This document shows positions 7,699-17,765 of a DNA stretch of 64,000 nt, piece by piece (position 1 is the first letter of the stretch; every line of letters begins with the position of its first letter). This DNA comes from an uncultured virus (IMG/VR IMGVR_UViG_3300047170_000110). Its lineage: Duplodnaviria; Heunggongvirae; Uroviricota; Caudoviricetes. The stretch lies in IMG/VR virus record IMGVR_UViG_3300047170_000110, one strand, 5' to 3'. The notes under the pieces were generated by a model. It made no database searches. It was not told the origin of the DNA and was given only the letters and a program-made list of their open reading frames with translations. Made by a program: the position numbers and the translations under genes.

Positions 7699-10224
7699 TC
7701 ACTCGGCTTTCGCAAGCTCAAACTCCCGCGCCTCACCCTTCTTCTCGATCACCTGACCGCCCTTCAACTCCCACTCGACGTTGAATTTGCCAGAATCCGT
7801 TTCGGCCGAGTGGGAGATGACTACGACCGTATCGGCACGGGCCCGCAGACGCGGGAGAGTGTACTCGACAAAATCCTTTTTTCGTTCCTTGTCGAACGCA
7901 CCCTCGACCTCATCGACCACCTTGAGGGAACTCCGGCGATCGGGCGGGAGGAGATCGTCCAAGGCGAACAGGAACGCGACCGACAGGTCGCCCTTCTCCG
8001 CGCCCGACATGAAACACACGTCGTAGAACTTCCCGCCATTCTTGCTCGCCATGATGTCCACGCCGTCATCCACGACGATCTTGAACCGATGGGAGGGGAA
8101 CTGGCGGATCGTATGGGCTAGAAGCGCATTCTCCAGATAACGGGAGAACCGCGCGACCTGCCGCTCACGCAGCTGACCGGCCTTTCCGTAACCCTTCGCT
8201 AGGATCGAGTAGAGCTTCTGAAGCGAAGCCTGCTGCTCTTTCTCAGCGATGATCTGCTGGAACTTCTGGATCGAGGTGTTGAGGTCTTTGACTTCCTCAA
8301 TCTCGCGCAGGACCGAACCCTTGATCCCTTGCAGCTCCGAGATCGCCCCTTGGGCGTTCGCGATCTTGGTAGACTGATCGGTCACGGCCTTCAAACTAAT
8401 CAGCTCGACTTCCATCGCCTCTTTGCGCTTGGCCTCGTTGAACTCGGCCTGGAGCGAAACGATCTCAGCCGACTGGCTCTGGGTGACGGGAAGTTCCGCG
8501 AGTGCCTTCTCGACCCGAAGCTTCTCCACCTCGTAGGTCCGGTACCGATCGCGCTGGATAGTGAGCTTCTTGTACCGCTCCTTTAACTGATGCCGTTGAA
8601 TCTTCTCTTCCAACGCTGGGATCTGCGAGATCAGCTTCACTTCCGCTTCGAACTCTTCCCTGCGTAGCTTGTCCGCCTGAAGACTTTCGTATTGCTTCTT
8701 TTTTTCGTAGAGCGCTACCGAGGCCTCAAGCTCGGGCAGCTCGCCCGAAAGATCCGGGCCCAAGGCATCGTGATCCCGCCAGAGCTGGTCGCGCTGCTCA
8801 ATCTCGACAAGCACAGATTTCGATTTCGTCAAAACCGCCCGCAGCCCTTCCAGCTCCGCCTGCTTCTCCTCCAGCTTCCCCTGCCGGTCCGCACAATCCA
8901 AGACCGTACCGCATTGGGAACACTGCGGCTGGTTGAACTGGAGCGGGCGGATCTCCGCGTTCATGACCGCGATGTCGCTCGTCAGCGTCTGGATCTTCTC
9001 CCTTTGGGCGGAGAGTTGCTCGGGAGTGACCCGAGCGACCTGCGGCGGCGCGGGCCGGGTCTTGATTTTTTTGATCCGAGCGGTCGTGGCGGTGTAGTTG
9101 ATCGAGGGGGATGCGAGTACCTCTGCGAAGTCGGCCGGGATCTCCTCGACCACTTCCGCCACGGGCCTCGTCTGAAGCTCTTTGGAGAGGACTTGAAGCC
9201 TCCCAAGCTCGGCACTGACGGCCAAATAATCGATGTCCGGTCCTGCGAGCACTTCCTCGTAATCGGCCGGGATGTCGGGGGCGGTCTGGACCCCCAGGGC
9301 AGACAGCTGAGCCTGGAGGGTCTGGAACTGCTTCTCTCTCGCGTAATGCTCGGCTTGGAGATTCCGGAGGGTCGTGAGCCGCACTTCGATCTCACTTGAA
9401 ATTACAAGCTCAGGGAATCGCTCCAAGTCGAACAGAAGGGTATTCTTCCGATTAAACTTCTCTTGTGTAGCCTGAAGCTTCACGAGCTGAGCGGTCAGAG
9501 CTTCCAAATCTGCGTCCGCGTCCGTTAATCGCCCCTGGAGGCTGTCGAGCGTACGGGAACCGAGGAGGGCGAATTTCGAAGCCAAGACAGCGCGATCCCG
9601 TTCCAGCTCCTCCAATTCGTCCCCGAGGTCCGAAGCCTTCTTGGAAAAATGTCCGGCCAAGGTGTCGAGCGCCATGAGATTGAAGAGTGCGGTCAGATAG
9701 GTCTGGCGTTCCGAGCGGGTCCCATTGATAAGCGCGTGGGTGGAGGACTGGGCCAGGTACACGTAACCGTACCACTCTTCCAAGGTCCAGCCCAAGGTCT
9801 GGCGGATCAGCTTCTGGGTGTCCGGGTCCTTGTGGAGGGAGATGTCGATACCATCCCGGAACAGGTAAACGCCCGACGCGTACTTCTTGCCGTGGGGTCC
9901 CAAGGTTTTCGACTTCACCGCCTGGGCGGCCACGTAGGTGGAACCGTTCCGCTTGAAGGTCATCTCCAGCAGCATATCGACCGGCTCTTCCGCCAAGTAG
10001 TCGAGGTCCGCTTTCTTTCCCTTATTAGGGCTTGTCGCGTAGGCCGCTTGGGTGAACATGTGCCAGATCGTGCTCTTGCCTTCGCCGTTTCGTCCGGTCA
10101 TCCGCACCAAGCCGCGCTTGTGCAGATCCAGATCGATCGCTTTGAAATGCCCGGCATTGGTCAGGCGAAAACGCAGAAACTCGACACTTGCGGAAGTCAC
10201 CACTGGATCACTCATCACACGCAC
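7699..10224 (-). CDS. SbcC/Rad50 (gp46-like) SMC-type ATPase
   Basis: Walker A GRNGEGKS, Q-loop YLAQ, coiled coils with CSQC zinc hook, signature MSGAEK, Walker B VVDEVE, H-loop ISH. Confidence 0.92.
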   Translation of the reverse strand: MRVMSDPVVTSASVEFLRFRLTNAGHFKAIDLDLHKRGLVRMTGRNGEGKSTIWHMFTQAAYATSPNKGKKADLDYLAEEPVDMLLEMTFKRNGSTYVAAQAVKSKTLGPHGKKYASGVYLFRDGIDISLHKDPDTQKLIRQTLGWTLEEWYGYVYLAQSSTHALINGTRSERQTYLTALFNLMALDTLAGHFSKKASDLGDELEELERDRAVLASKFALLGSRTLDSLQGRLTDADADLEALTAQLVKLQATQEKFNRKNTLLFDLERFPELVISSEIEVRLTTLRNLQAEHYAREKQFQTLQAQLSALGVQTAPDIPADYEEVLAGPDIDYLAVSAELGRLQVLSKELQTRPVAEVVEEIPADFAEVLASPSINYTATTARIKKIKTRPAPPQVARVTPEQLSAQREKIQTLTSDIAVMNAEIRPLQFNQPQCSQCGTVLDCADRQGKLEEKQAELEGLRAVLTKSKSVLVEIEQRDQLWRDHDALGPDLSGELPELEASVALYEKKKQYESLQADKLRREEFEAEVKLISQIPALEEKIQRHQLKERYKKLTIQRDRYRTYEVEKLRVEKALAELPVTQSQSAEIVSLQAEFNEAKRKEAMEVELISLKAVTDQSTKIANAQGAISELQGIKGSVLREIEEVKDLNTSIQKFQQIIAEKEQQASLQKLYSILAKGYGKAGQLRERQVARFSRYLENALLAHTIRQFPSHRFKIVVDDGVDIMASKNGGKFYDVCFMSGAEKGDLSVAFLFALDDLLPPDRRSSLKVVDEVEGAFDKERKKDFVEYTLPRLRARADTVVVISHSAETDSGKFNVEWELKGGQVIEKKGEAREFELAKAE

Positions 10225-10342
10225 GCTCCTGGGAAGGTTTACCGAAACTAGGGAATTAACGGGGATTAATCAAGCGACATTAGCCTACGGTGCCAAGTTA
10301 ATTATGATTAATAGCGTCAAAAACCTGAGTCCTTTCGTGCCA

Positions 10343-10387
10343 TTATCAGTAGTTTGACTCTTATCAGTATATTGGGTATTATCAGTA
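10343..10387 (+). repeat. 3x TTATCAGTA direct repeat, 18-bp period
   Basis: Copies start at 10343, 10361 and 10379 in a divergent intergenic region. Confidence 0.9.
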
Positions 10388-10401
10388 CATTAGGAGTCCC
10401 C

Positions 10402-11124
10402 ATGACGAAGTTCATTCTTTCCCTGATGGTTCTGCTGAGTCTGACCGCCTGCGGCGGCCCTACGGTTCGCCGGACCCTGGAGACCGATCCGGCGCTCCGT
10501 GTCTTGCTTGACCCACGCATCCCCGTCGAGCAATACGTCCAGATCCGCCGAGCTTTGGTCCAGAGCGGCAAGTTCGAAGTGGTGGACCGCCGAGACGGTT
10601 TCGAGCTGGCCATCCAAGAGCAGGACATGCAGTTCCGCTCCGGTTATGCCGATCGCTTCAGCGATCAAGAGAAGTGGGCCCACATCGGGCAAATGTACGG
10701 GGCTCGCGGGATCATCACGGCGCACGCGGAGTGCTATCAGGACAAGAACTTCTGGGGCTCGTACCGCCGCTACTGCAAGCAGGAGCTGGCCTTCATCGAT
10801 GGCGTGACGGGCGTGGTGGAGTTCGCGGTCAACGGCAAGAACGATGAACCCTGGGTGGTCGGCTACACGGCGCCCGATTGGGACGACACGGTCGCCAAAG
10901 CGGTCGAAACCTTCCCGGAATATTTCAAGCCCCGCATCATCAAGGCTCCACTGGACCAGTACATGGCCCAGTCGGAAGAACGCTCGAAGCGCGAACGGGC
11001 TCGCAACCAACCCCACCCGGCCAGCTACACCCCTGCTACGTACAACATGGACGACCAGCGTTCGGATCTCAATCTCATGAAGCAGGCCCAGCAAAACTAC
11101 TTGAATGAGCAGAAGGGGGAGTGA
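10402..11124 (+). CDS. lipoprotein, possibly CsgG/LpoB-like fold
   Basis: Lipobox LSLTAC; ALVQSGKFEVVDR and IGQMYGARGII resemble the CsgG/FlgO-type core. Confidence 0.65.
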   Translation: MTKFILSLMVLLSLTACGGPTVRRTLETDPALRVLLDPRIPVEQYVQIRRALVQSGKFEVVDRRDGFELAIQEQDMQFRSGYADRFSDQEKWAHIGQMYGARGIITAHAECYQDKNFWGSYRRYCKQELAFIDGVTGVVEFAVNGKNDEPWVVGYTAPDWDDTVAKAVETFPEYFKPRIIKAPLDQYMAQSEERSKRERARNQPHPASYTPATYNMDDQRSDLNLMKQAQQNYLNEQKGE

Positions 11125-11414
11125 TGGCCAGGCACGAACGGATCACCCAAATCGAAGAGAACGTCATCACGGTCAACTTCTGCCCGGTCTACACGCTCCA
11201 GGAAGCGGAGACGTACCTGGCGGAAGACTTTCAAGCAGCCCTGCACGAATGGCCTGTGGAAAAGCTGAAGGAAGAAGCGGACAAGGCCGCCCCCTTCATT
11301 CTGTCGGACCACTACGACGCCTACATGGCGATCTACAATTTCCGGACGCGCGGTGAAACCCCCGCACCCGACAACGTCGTCCCCTTCCCAACCCCAAGGA
11401 GAGAAGCCGCATGA
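11121..11414 (+). CDS. hypothetical protein
   Basis: Coupled ORF in the operon. Confidence 0.7.
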   Translation: MMARHERITQIEENVITVNFCPVYTLQEAETYLAEDFQAALHEWPVEKLKEEADKAAPFILSDHYDAYMAIYNFRTRGETPAPDNVVPFPTPRREAA

Positions 11415-11746
11415 GCCGAACGAAAATAGAAATCTTACTGTGCGAAATGGAGGACGGCTTTCAGGTTCGGGTGCAATTCCCAGGAAGAGGAATCAAAGCC
11501 CTGTCAAACTGGATCGGCCTCCCGCCCGTCCAGATGCTGAAAGTCGCGCTCCACCAGAAGGACTCGATCGAATTCATGCTCCGAAAAACGCTTCGGCTCG
11601 ATGCGCCTTTGGCCGCGCCGATCCTCTGCAAGAAGTGCAAGTCCGAGCATGTCTGGCACAAATCACTGGAGGGAAGCTGGTCGCGCATCTGCAACGAGTG
11701 CGGCCACACCCAAAATTTAAACGCCGCCAAGAACGCTAAGAAGTAA
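11411..11746 (+). CDS. zinc-ribbon protein
   Basis: CKKC...CNECGH at the C-terminus. Confidence 0.7.
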   Translation: MSRTKIEILLCEMEDGFQVRVQFPGRGIKALSNWIGLPPVQMLKVALHQKDSIEFMLRKTLRLDAPLAAPILCKKCKSEHVWHKSLEGSWSRICNECGHTQNLNAAKNAKK

Positions 11747-11764
11747 GAAAAAGGAGTCCTAACC

Positions 11765-12574
11765 ATGACCAAAAGAGATCAAGTCCTCGAAGACCTGTTT
11801 GACGAAGTCGATCCCCGCCGCAAGAAGAAGTTGAAAGCTGTTCCGGCCGCCAAGCCCGCCAAAGAACATCCCTCGACGAAACCCATGCCCGCCGCGACCC
11901 GGCCTTTCAACCAAGCTGCCCGGGATGCATTCGTCCAGCTCTGCTTCAAGAAGATCCAGTCCGACCAGCTGCTTAGGGAAGTCCAAGAGGACATCGAAAA
12001 GCTCAAAGGAAAGATCCAGACGATCACTCAGCAGAAGGGTCGGAAGATCAAAGAGAACGACGTGGTGTTGTTTACGGAGGGGAAGATCAAGCTCCCGAAC
12101 GGAAAGTCCAAGATCGCCGGAGGCAAGGCCCTCCTCAAGTTCAAGCAGACGGGAGACATCGATGGCGGCATGGTGATGGAATGGGCGACTAAGAACATGC
12201 CTGAACTCATCATGGTCGAGAAGTCGAAGACCCTGAACGTCTCGGCGCTCGAAGACGCGATGGAACGCAAGCAGCTTCCAGTCTACGTGGTGGATGCGCT
12301 CAAGCAGATCCTTGAATTCGCCAAGCCCTCGCCCCTCTTCTTCAAGGAAACCCGCGAAGAGAACCTGGATCTGGCCAAGTACGAGGAAGCGAAAACCGCC
12401 AAGAAAGTTCCGGCGGAGCTGATCGAGAGTGCGGAGAAGAAGAGCGGGCACTACGCGCTCTCCATCTGGGTGCTCGACCAAGCCCCCCGGTGCCCTGGAT
12501 GCGGGGCGCCGAAGCCCAAGCGCCAGAAGCAGGGCGTGAAGTTCGGTTGCAAGGCTTGTGGGTTTGAGGAATAA
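11765..12574 (+). CDS. hypothetical protein with C-terminal zinc ribbon
   Basis: AAGGAG RBS; CPGC...CKAC. Confidence 0.8.
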   Translation: MTKRDQVLEDLFDEVDPRRKKKLKAVPAAKPAKEHPSTKPMPAATRPFNQAARDAFVQLCFKKIQSDQLLREVQEDIEKLKGKIQTITQQKGRKIKENDVVLFTEGKIKLPNGKSKIAGGKALLKFKQTGDIDGGMVMEWATKNMPELIMVEKSKTLNVSALEDAMERKQLPVYVVDALKQILEFAKPSPLFFKETREENLDLAKYEEAKTAKKVPAELIESAEKKSGHYALSIWVLDQAPRCPGCGAPKPKRQKQGVKFGCKACGFEE

Positions 12575-12708
12575 CCTATGGTTAGGAAAAAGAGACCGCA
12601 TCTCAGTGATCGGAAAAAGAAACGCCTCAAACAACTTTGGGCTCTCCTTTGGCGCTCCAACTGGACTGCCGAAGAGCAGCTGATGCTCCTCTCTCGGTTA
12701 CTAAAAAA

Positions 12709-13221
12709 ATGAACACGACCACCGTCTCCAAAGCACGAAAAGCCAAGCCGAGTAAAGGACCCCTGCCGGTTCGGACTCCCACCATCACGCTCTTCGTGCC
12801 GCAGATCATCTGGCTCCAAGAGCTGCTGAATCGCAAGGCGCAGTCGATGGACAAATCCCTATCCACCTACCTGATGGGTTTGATCGTCGAGGACCTCACC
12901 CGCCGGGATAAGTTCTCGGCGACCGAGCGGGACATCTGGGAAAAACAGCCCTGCAAGCAGACGCGCGACACGAAGCGGGGGATCCATACGAAGTTCACCC
13001 TTTACGTCCCGCCCGCTTTGAACTTCATCAAGAAGCGGATCAAGCAGATCACGCCGGTCCAATCCACCTACGTGTGGAGCCTCTTTGTCATCTCCATGGA
13101 AGGTCAGGTCAGTCAGACCCAGCTGGGGGAATGGCATGCGTACTGTACGACTCCGCAGCGGGGATCGGCGAGCCGCGAGCGCAAGGCTCGAATCCTCAAG
13201 AAAAAATTGGCGAAGGTTTGA
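12709..13221 (+). CDS. basic putative DNA-binding protein (possible duplicated ribbon-helix-helix)
   Basis: Two similar segments ITLFVP...STYL and FTLYVP...STYV. Confidence 0.55.
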   Translation: MNTTTVSKARKAKPSKGPLPVRTPTITLFVPQIIWLQELLNRKAQSMDKSLSTYLMGLIVEDLTRRDKFSATERDIWEKQPCKQTRDTKRGIHTKFTLYVPPALNFIKKRIKQITPVQSTYVWSLFVISMEGQVSQTQLGEWHAYCTTPQRGSASRERKARILKKKLAKV

Positions 13222-13276
13222 TTCATCGGTAAAGTTGTAGGTTGCTGAGAGCCCCGATGATCCCATAGGCGCAGCC

Positions 13277-13654
13277 ATGACTTCCCCCCAAGAAGTTCTT
13301 TGGGTTTTTCGGGGCCCTCTCCTCCCGTTGACTTCCCACACGTTATCAGTACAATCCACCTCCATGGAAAAGACTTTCATCCTGACGCTTCGAGACTCGA
13401 TCTCGCTTTGCACCCGTGAGATTCAGTTCACCTCCGAAACCCAGGAGGTGGGTCTTCAAACGCTTCGGGAGAGAGGCTTGATCGGCCGCCAGGAACGGGT
13501 GATGGATTCCCGAGTCGTCGAAGGCCGTTTGGCTGGAGATCTTCTGCTCGGTGAGTTCCCGAAGAGCACTCCCTACTACGGGCGTTCGGTTCTGGCTGGA
13601 ATCTACAACCTCTGGAAGGCTTGGCGTCCTGAGACTGCAACTCAGAGGGAGTAA
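13277..13654 (+). CDS. hypothetical protein
   Basis: ORF within the + strand operon. Confidence 0.55.
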   Translation: MTSPQEVLWVFRGPLLPLTSHTLSVQSTSMEKTFILTLRDSISLCTREIQFTSETQEVGLQTLRERGLIGRQERVMDSRVVEGRLAGDLLLGEFPKSTPYYGRSVLAGIYNLWKAWRPETATQRE

Positions 13655-13658
13655 AAAG

Positions 13659-14309
13659 ATGGCTGATGATTTGGAATTCGGAGGCCCCGACTGGGCCGAT
13701 CGTGAAGCTCGCAAGCTGTGGGATAGACTGGGCACCGGAATAGACGCCTTTACCTCTCCGCAAGACGCGGTTTACTCGAAACAGAGTTGGATCGCTTATG
13801 CTCTCCGGGTTGCTTACAAGCGCGGACAAAACTCCGCTATTCTCAAGCCCATCCCCGAAAAGACTGCAAAGCCTCTTATTTGCTTTAAAAAAGGCGAAGG
13901 GTTCCTAGAGCACCCCGGTTGGATGGCGCCCAGAGAGGATGGAAATCCCTGGCACTGCGTACGGTGCCAAGCTCCCCGTCCGCCAGAGAGCAGGTCCCAA
14001 GAGACTGCGCGCAAGCCTTTCAATGAGTCCGACTATCGGCATTCTTCGACAACCGAGGATTTGCTCCAAGAGGACGTAAGGTGCCCGATCGAGGCACTTG
14101 TGAATGGGTACGAGGCACGATTTGGCGGAGATCTCACGCCCCAACTTAAATGGCTCAAGGAGCAAGTGCCCCAAGAGCCTAAGTTACTCGGTAACGGTGC
14201 GTATGGTTGTTCCTATTGCATAAAGATGTTTGAAACCAAGCGGGATGCCATTAACCATAATTGTGTGCCCGTAAAGCCCATACCCCAAAAGCCCAGGAGT
14301 GGCCCATGA
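13659..14309 (+). CDS. hypothetical protein with C2H2/C2HC-like zinc finger
   Basis: CSYC...HNC near the C-terminus. Confidence 0.6.
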   Translation: MADDLEFGGPDWADREARKLWDRLGTGIDAFTSPQDAVYSKQSWIAYALRVAYKRGQNSAILKPIPEKTAKPLICFKKGEGFLEHPGWMAPREDGNPWHCVRCQAPRPPESRSQETARKPFNESDYRHSSTTEDLLQEDVRCPIEALVNGYEARFGGDLTPQLKWLKEQVPQEPKLLGNGAYGCSYCIKMFETKRDAINHNCVPVKPIPQKPRSGP

Positions 14310-14710
14310 TCGCCGTCTTCTATGACCGGAAGAACCGTCGCAATGTCACCTCCGACCAACTCCACTCAACCAAGTTCGTCCAGATGCAAGCGGTCGGCGA
14401 TGACGATGACGAATTCGTCCCCACCGGGCGGAGAATGGCGGGCTGGGAATCTTTTACCCGCGAGGAGTTTGACCGCGCTCTAGCGGACGGACATTTTAAG
14501 CAGCCGACCATCGCGGACGATTACCCTCCCGAAGGACCGACCTGGGAGAAGCTCCCAGAAGAGAAGACTCCGATCGTGCTTTACCTGAAAGAGCATCTGA
14601 TCGCCGACCTCTGCTACAAGTCAGAGAACTGCCCCTCCCACCACAACTGGGATCTGTGCTGCATGATCTCCGACCTCGTGTTCATCCGGCTCGAACCTGC
14701 CGCCCCATGA
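14306..14710 (+). CDS. hypothetical protein
   Basis: GGAG RBS, ATGA coupling. Confidence 0.7.
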   Translation: MIAVFYDRKNRRNVTSDQLHSTKFVQMQAVGDDDDEFVPTGRRMAGWESFTREEFDRALADGHFKQPTIADDYPPEGPTWEKLPEEKTPIVLYLKEHLIADLCYKSENCPSHHNWDLCCMISDLVFIRLEPAAP

Positions 14711-15105
14711 AACCGGAAGCCTCCCACTTCATCGAGTTCTTCATCGTATCGCTGAAGAACTTGCTCCGGTTCCTCCAGATCGCCCGCAACCAACGCAACC
14801 CGGTCAGCCAGCGCCTAGACGCGATTGCTGCTTCCCGAAAGCTCCTTCAGACTCTCATCGACGACGTGGAGCGAGGGGTCTTGCCGGGGATGGAACCGGA
14901 GTTGTGTAAAAAATTGGCAGAACTTTACGTCTATGCTAAGCACCAGCTCGATCAAGCCGAACGGGTCGAAACGACTCCCGTCCAACGGGTCGAGCACTTC
15001 GACCAATGCGAGCTGATCTACCGGAGACTTCGCGCGGGATTCGAGAAGCTGAAAAAGAAATCGAAGCATCCCGCGAAAGCTCCAGGTCCCAACGAAGTGC
15101 ATTGA
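14707..15105 (+). CDS. FliS-like four-helix protein (flagellin chaperone homologue)
   Basis: ELCKKLAELYVYAKHQLDQA matches the FliS helix-3 pattern E-L-xx-N/K-L-xx-L-Y-x-Y-xxx-R/Q-L-xx-A; size and helix spacing fit. Confidence 0.6.
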   Translation: MKPEASHFIEFFIVSLKNLLRFLQIARNQRNPVSQRLDAIAASRKLLQTLIDDVERGVLPGMEPELCKKLAELYVYAKHQLDQAERVETTPVQRVEHFDQCELIYRRLRAGFEKLKKKSKHPAKAPGPNEVH

Positions 15106-15112
15106 GGTTTAG

Positions 15113-15619
15113 ATGCTGACTCGCGACCAAATGGCCTATAACGAATCGACTGCCGATCCTATCTTCCTGTTCCAGCGGGCCCGCTACATCTACTTCCGGG
15201 ACACGATGACTAACAAGGGCCTCCGGATCGACGAAGATGCAGACTACCAGGTATACGACCCGGAAGATCCGATCAACGAGAAGGCCTTGACAGCTAGGAA
15301 AGGGGGTGACGAGGACGCCGCTCTCATCTACCTGACTGACGACCAGCTGGTCCAGTGGGAGTGCGCGGTCAAACACTGGGAGACGGAGTACGTGTTTCTC
15401 TCCCGTGAGGAATCGGACGCCTGGGGCGTGCGCCGCAAATACGACCACGGTGCTGAAGGGGTGGACTGGCGGACCTATTGCGTGTGCGCGAGGGGCACGC
15501 TCGCCCAGCTCCTCGATTCCTGGAGCGATTCCTGCCGCCACCAGCTTCGCACACGCCCTCCCGTACCGCCGTCCCCCGATCCCGTCTCCAACACGATGGC
15601 GCCGCCTTCGACCCTCTGA
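15113..15619 (+). CDS. hypothetical phage protein
   Basis: GAGG RBS; STADPIFLFQ...WETEYVFLSREE. Confidence 0.7.
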   Translation: MLTRDQMAYNESTADPIFLFQRARYIYFRDTMTNKGLRIDEDADYQVYDPEDPINEKALTARKGGDEDAALIYLTDDQLVQWECAVKHWETEYVFLSREESDAWGVRRKYDHGAEGVDWRTYCVCARGTLAQLLDSWSDSCRHQLRTRPPVPPSPDPVSNTMAPPSTL

Positions 15620-15652
15620 TTGATTTCTTAGCCAAATCGGTAAAAGCTCACC

Positions 15653-16807
15653 ATGAACTACGTTCTTGTGACGCACTACGGCACAGCTGGCGACTTGATG
15701 ATGTTGGAGCCTACGATCGAGGCGCTCTTCTATAAGCATGCGCCTTGCCGGATTGTCCTGCGAGTGGACGAGAACCACCTGCATGTCCTGGAGAAACATC
15801 CACTGATCTGGAACGCATGCGATAACCTGGACGACGTAAAGAACTTCCTGCCCGAGCCGGGGAAGGATCCGGTGATAGAGTATGACTTCTCAGCCGTGAT
15901 CGATCCTTCCCGTGTTGCTTCCGGAGTAGATCAGCTCGCCCAACACGCCAATGTCCAGCTGCTCCGCCGGACCCCAAGCTTCGGATCCTACGCGCACGTC
16001 GATCGCCACCCGCGCGCGGAAGTGGTGCTGGATGGCATGGGACCTCCAGACTTCATGACCGAACTTCAGATGCGGGATCGTCAGGTAGTAACTCTGGATG
16101 GAATCGGGTTAAGTCCAGAAGCCAAGAAAGATATCATGGGGGCGGACATCTATGTGGGCCGCCTGGAAGGTGACGGAGTTCACATCGCCCACGCGGGTGG
16201 GGTCAGAAGCATCATCGCGTTCGACTCCGATGTAACTTCCCACGTGCCCGCCTACCCGAACATGACCATCGTGAAGAAGTCCTATGGGGTGCAGGCACTA
16301 CGGGACGCGATCAGCATCCCGCTCCGCATGGAGAACAAGAAGTACCCGGACTGCCTGAACCGGGGCAATGCGTGCGAGTGGATCAAGAACAAGGCGATGG
16401 AGTTCTGCAAGGGGCGTGGCCTGGATGTCGGATCCAACCAGGATGAATGGGCGCTGCCTGGCGCGATAGCATCGGACGAGAAGACGCAGAAGTTCCACCT
16501 GGGCCCATTCGATTACATCTTCTCGTCGCACTGCCTGGAGCACGTGCGGGAGTGGGAGGCGTATCTCAAGATCTGGGAGGAGAGCGTCAAGGTGGGAGGT
16601 ACGGTTTTCCTTTACCTACCCCACCCGGCTATGGAACCTTGGCGACCCGAGGGGGATTGGGTGAGGGGGGGCTGGCATGTCCATTCCCCGGAACCCGTCC
16701 AGCTCGTCAAATGGCTGCACGAGAATACGAAGCTGAAGGTCCAGGAGTATTCGGTCTATCCGGATTCGGCCTGGGGTTTCTACATCGTCGCGAAGAAAGA
16801 AGTGTGA
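15653..16807 (+). CDS. fusion of a GT9 (heptosyltransferase-like) glycosyltransferase and a class I SAM methyltransferase
   Basis: N-terminal GDLMMLEPTIEAL and ADIYVG...VHIAHA; C-terminal GLDVGS, FDYIFSSHCLEH, KVGGTVFLYLP. Confidence 0.75.
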   Translation: MNYVLVTHYGTAGDLMMLEPTIEALFYKHAPCRIVLRVDENHLHVLEKHPLIWNACDNLDDVKNFLPEPGKDPVIEYDFSAVIDPSRVASGVDQLAQHANVQLLRRTPSFGSYAHVDRHPRAEVVLDGMGPPDFMTELQMRDRQVVTLDGIGLSPEAKKDIMGADIYVGRLEGDGVHIAHAGGVRSIIAFDSDVTSHVPAYPNMTIVKKSYGVQALRDAISIPLRMENKKYPDCLNRGNACEWIKNKAMEFCKGRGLDVGSNQDEWALPGAIASDEKTQKFHLGPFDYIFSSHCLEHVREWEAYLKIWEESVKVGGTVFLYLPHPAMEPWRPEGDWVRGGWHVHSPEPVQLVKWLHENTKLKVQEYSVYPDSAWGFYIVAKKEV

Positions 16808-16949
16808 TGGAAAAGTCCAAAGAGCAGAAGCTGGTTGATGCGATGTTTGCGCCCCTGACGATCGGGGACATCCAGCTGATGGTCAAGGACATGGACCCGA
16901 ACCTGGCGGTTTTCAGTTTCGCCTTCGGAGATTTGAAAGGTTCCTATTC

Positions 16950-17738
16950 ATGGAAGAGAAAAGAGACTTGGAGTCAGTGGTGCAAGAAGCAGCCTCCCCC
17001 GTTCGTACCGCCTCCCCGACCAGCGTGCTTATCTCGACAGACCCCCACGGTTGCTACCGAACCTTCCGAAAGCTACACGAAGAGATGACCGCGCGGTTCC
17101 CAGGGGAACCGTTCATCGTCGCGGGCGATCTTCCGGATCGCGGGCCGGATACACGTCAGTTGATCGACTACGTGATCCACAACAAGATCTCCTGCGTTCG
17201 CGGAAACCACGACGACATGATGTCGGATCCGAAGCAGCGTGAAGACTGGCTTGCGAACGGCGGATACCGAGCCCTCCAGAGCTATTGCCTACATCCCAAC
17301 CCCTACGAGAAGCACGATTGCGAAGGGATCAAAGCGCTGGAAGAGCACCGGGAGTTCATCAAGTCGCTCCCCTACTGGCTTGAATACCCGGAGCTGAAGC
17401 ACGAGAACGGCAGGCATCTGCTCGTCACCCATGCACCTATTCGGCATGGCCACTTGAAGAACCAGCTCCTCAACATCCACTGGGGGATGCTCGATTTCAT
17501 CTGGAACCGGAATAAGCCGCCCCGGAGCAACGTGAAAAACTGGTTCAACGTCCATGGCCACACCCCGAGATCCAAAGGCCCCGAGATCACCGAGTGGTAC
17601 GCGAATATCGATCTCGGTTGCGCATACGTCGATCGCGATGACGGCTACGGTAAACTGTCTTGCTTGAGGTTTCCTTCCATGGAGGTCTTCATCCAAGAGA
17701 ATATCGAAGGCGACGATCTTAACGATCAATTGACTTAA
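16950..17738 (+). CDS. metallophosphoesterase (PphA/NinI-like Ser/Thr phosphatase)
   Basis: TDPHG, GDLPDRGP, RGNHD, HGHTP, NIDLGC motifs. Confidence 0.92.
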   Translation: MEEKRDLESVVQEAASPVRTASPTSVLISTDPHGCYRTFRKLHEEMTARFPGEPFIVAGDLPDRGPDTRQLIDYVIHNKISCVRGNHDDMMSDPKQREDWLANGGYRALQSYCLHPNPYEKHDCEGIKALEEHREFIKSLPYWLEYPELKHENGRHLLVTHAPIRHGHLKNQLLNIHWGMLDFIWNRNKPPRSNVKNWFNVHGHTPRSKGPEITEWYANIDLGCAYVDRDDGYGKLSCLRFPSMEVFIQENIEGDDLNDQLT

Positions 17739-17765
17739 CGCGACTGCTCTGTTAATGGCCCGGCC

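Noticed and set aside
7091..7702. Programmed frameshift suggested by long same-strand overlaps (also 22220-22371 and 16950-17088)
   Set aside because: No clear slippery site; C-terminal run-on in a GC-rich, stop-poor genome or an assembly indel explains them.
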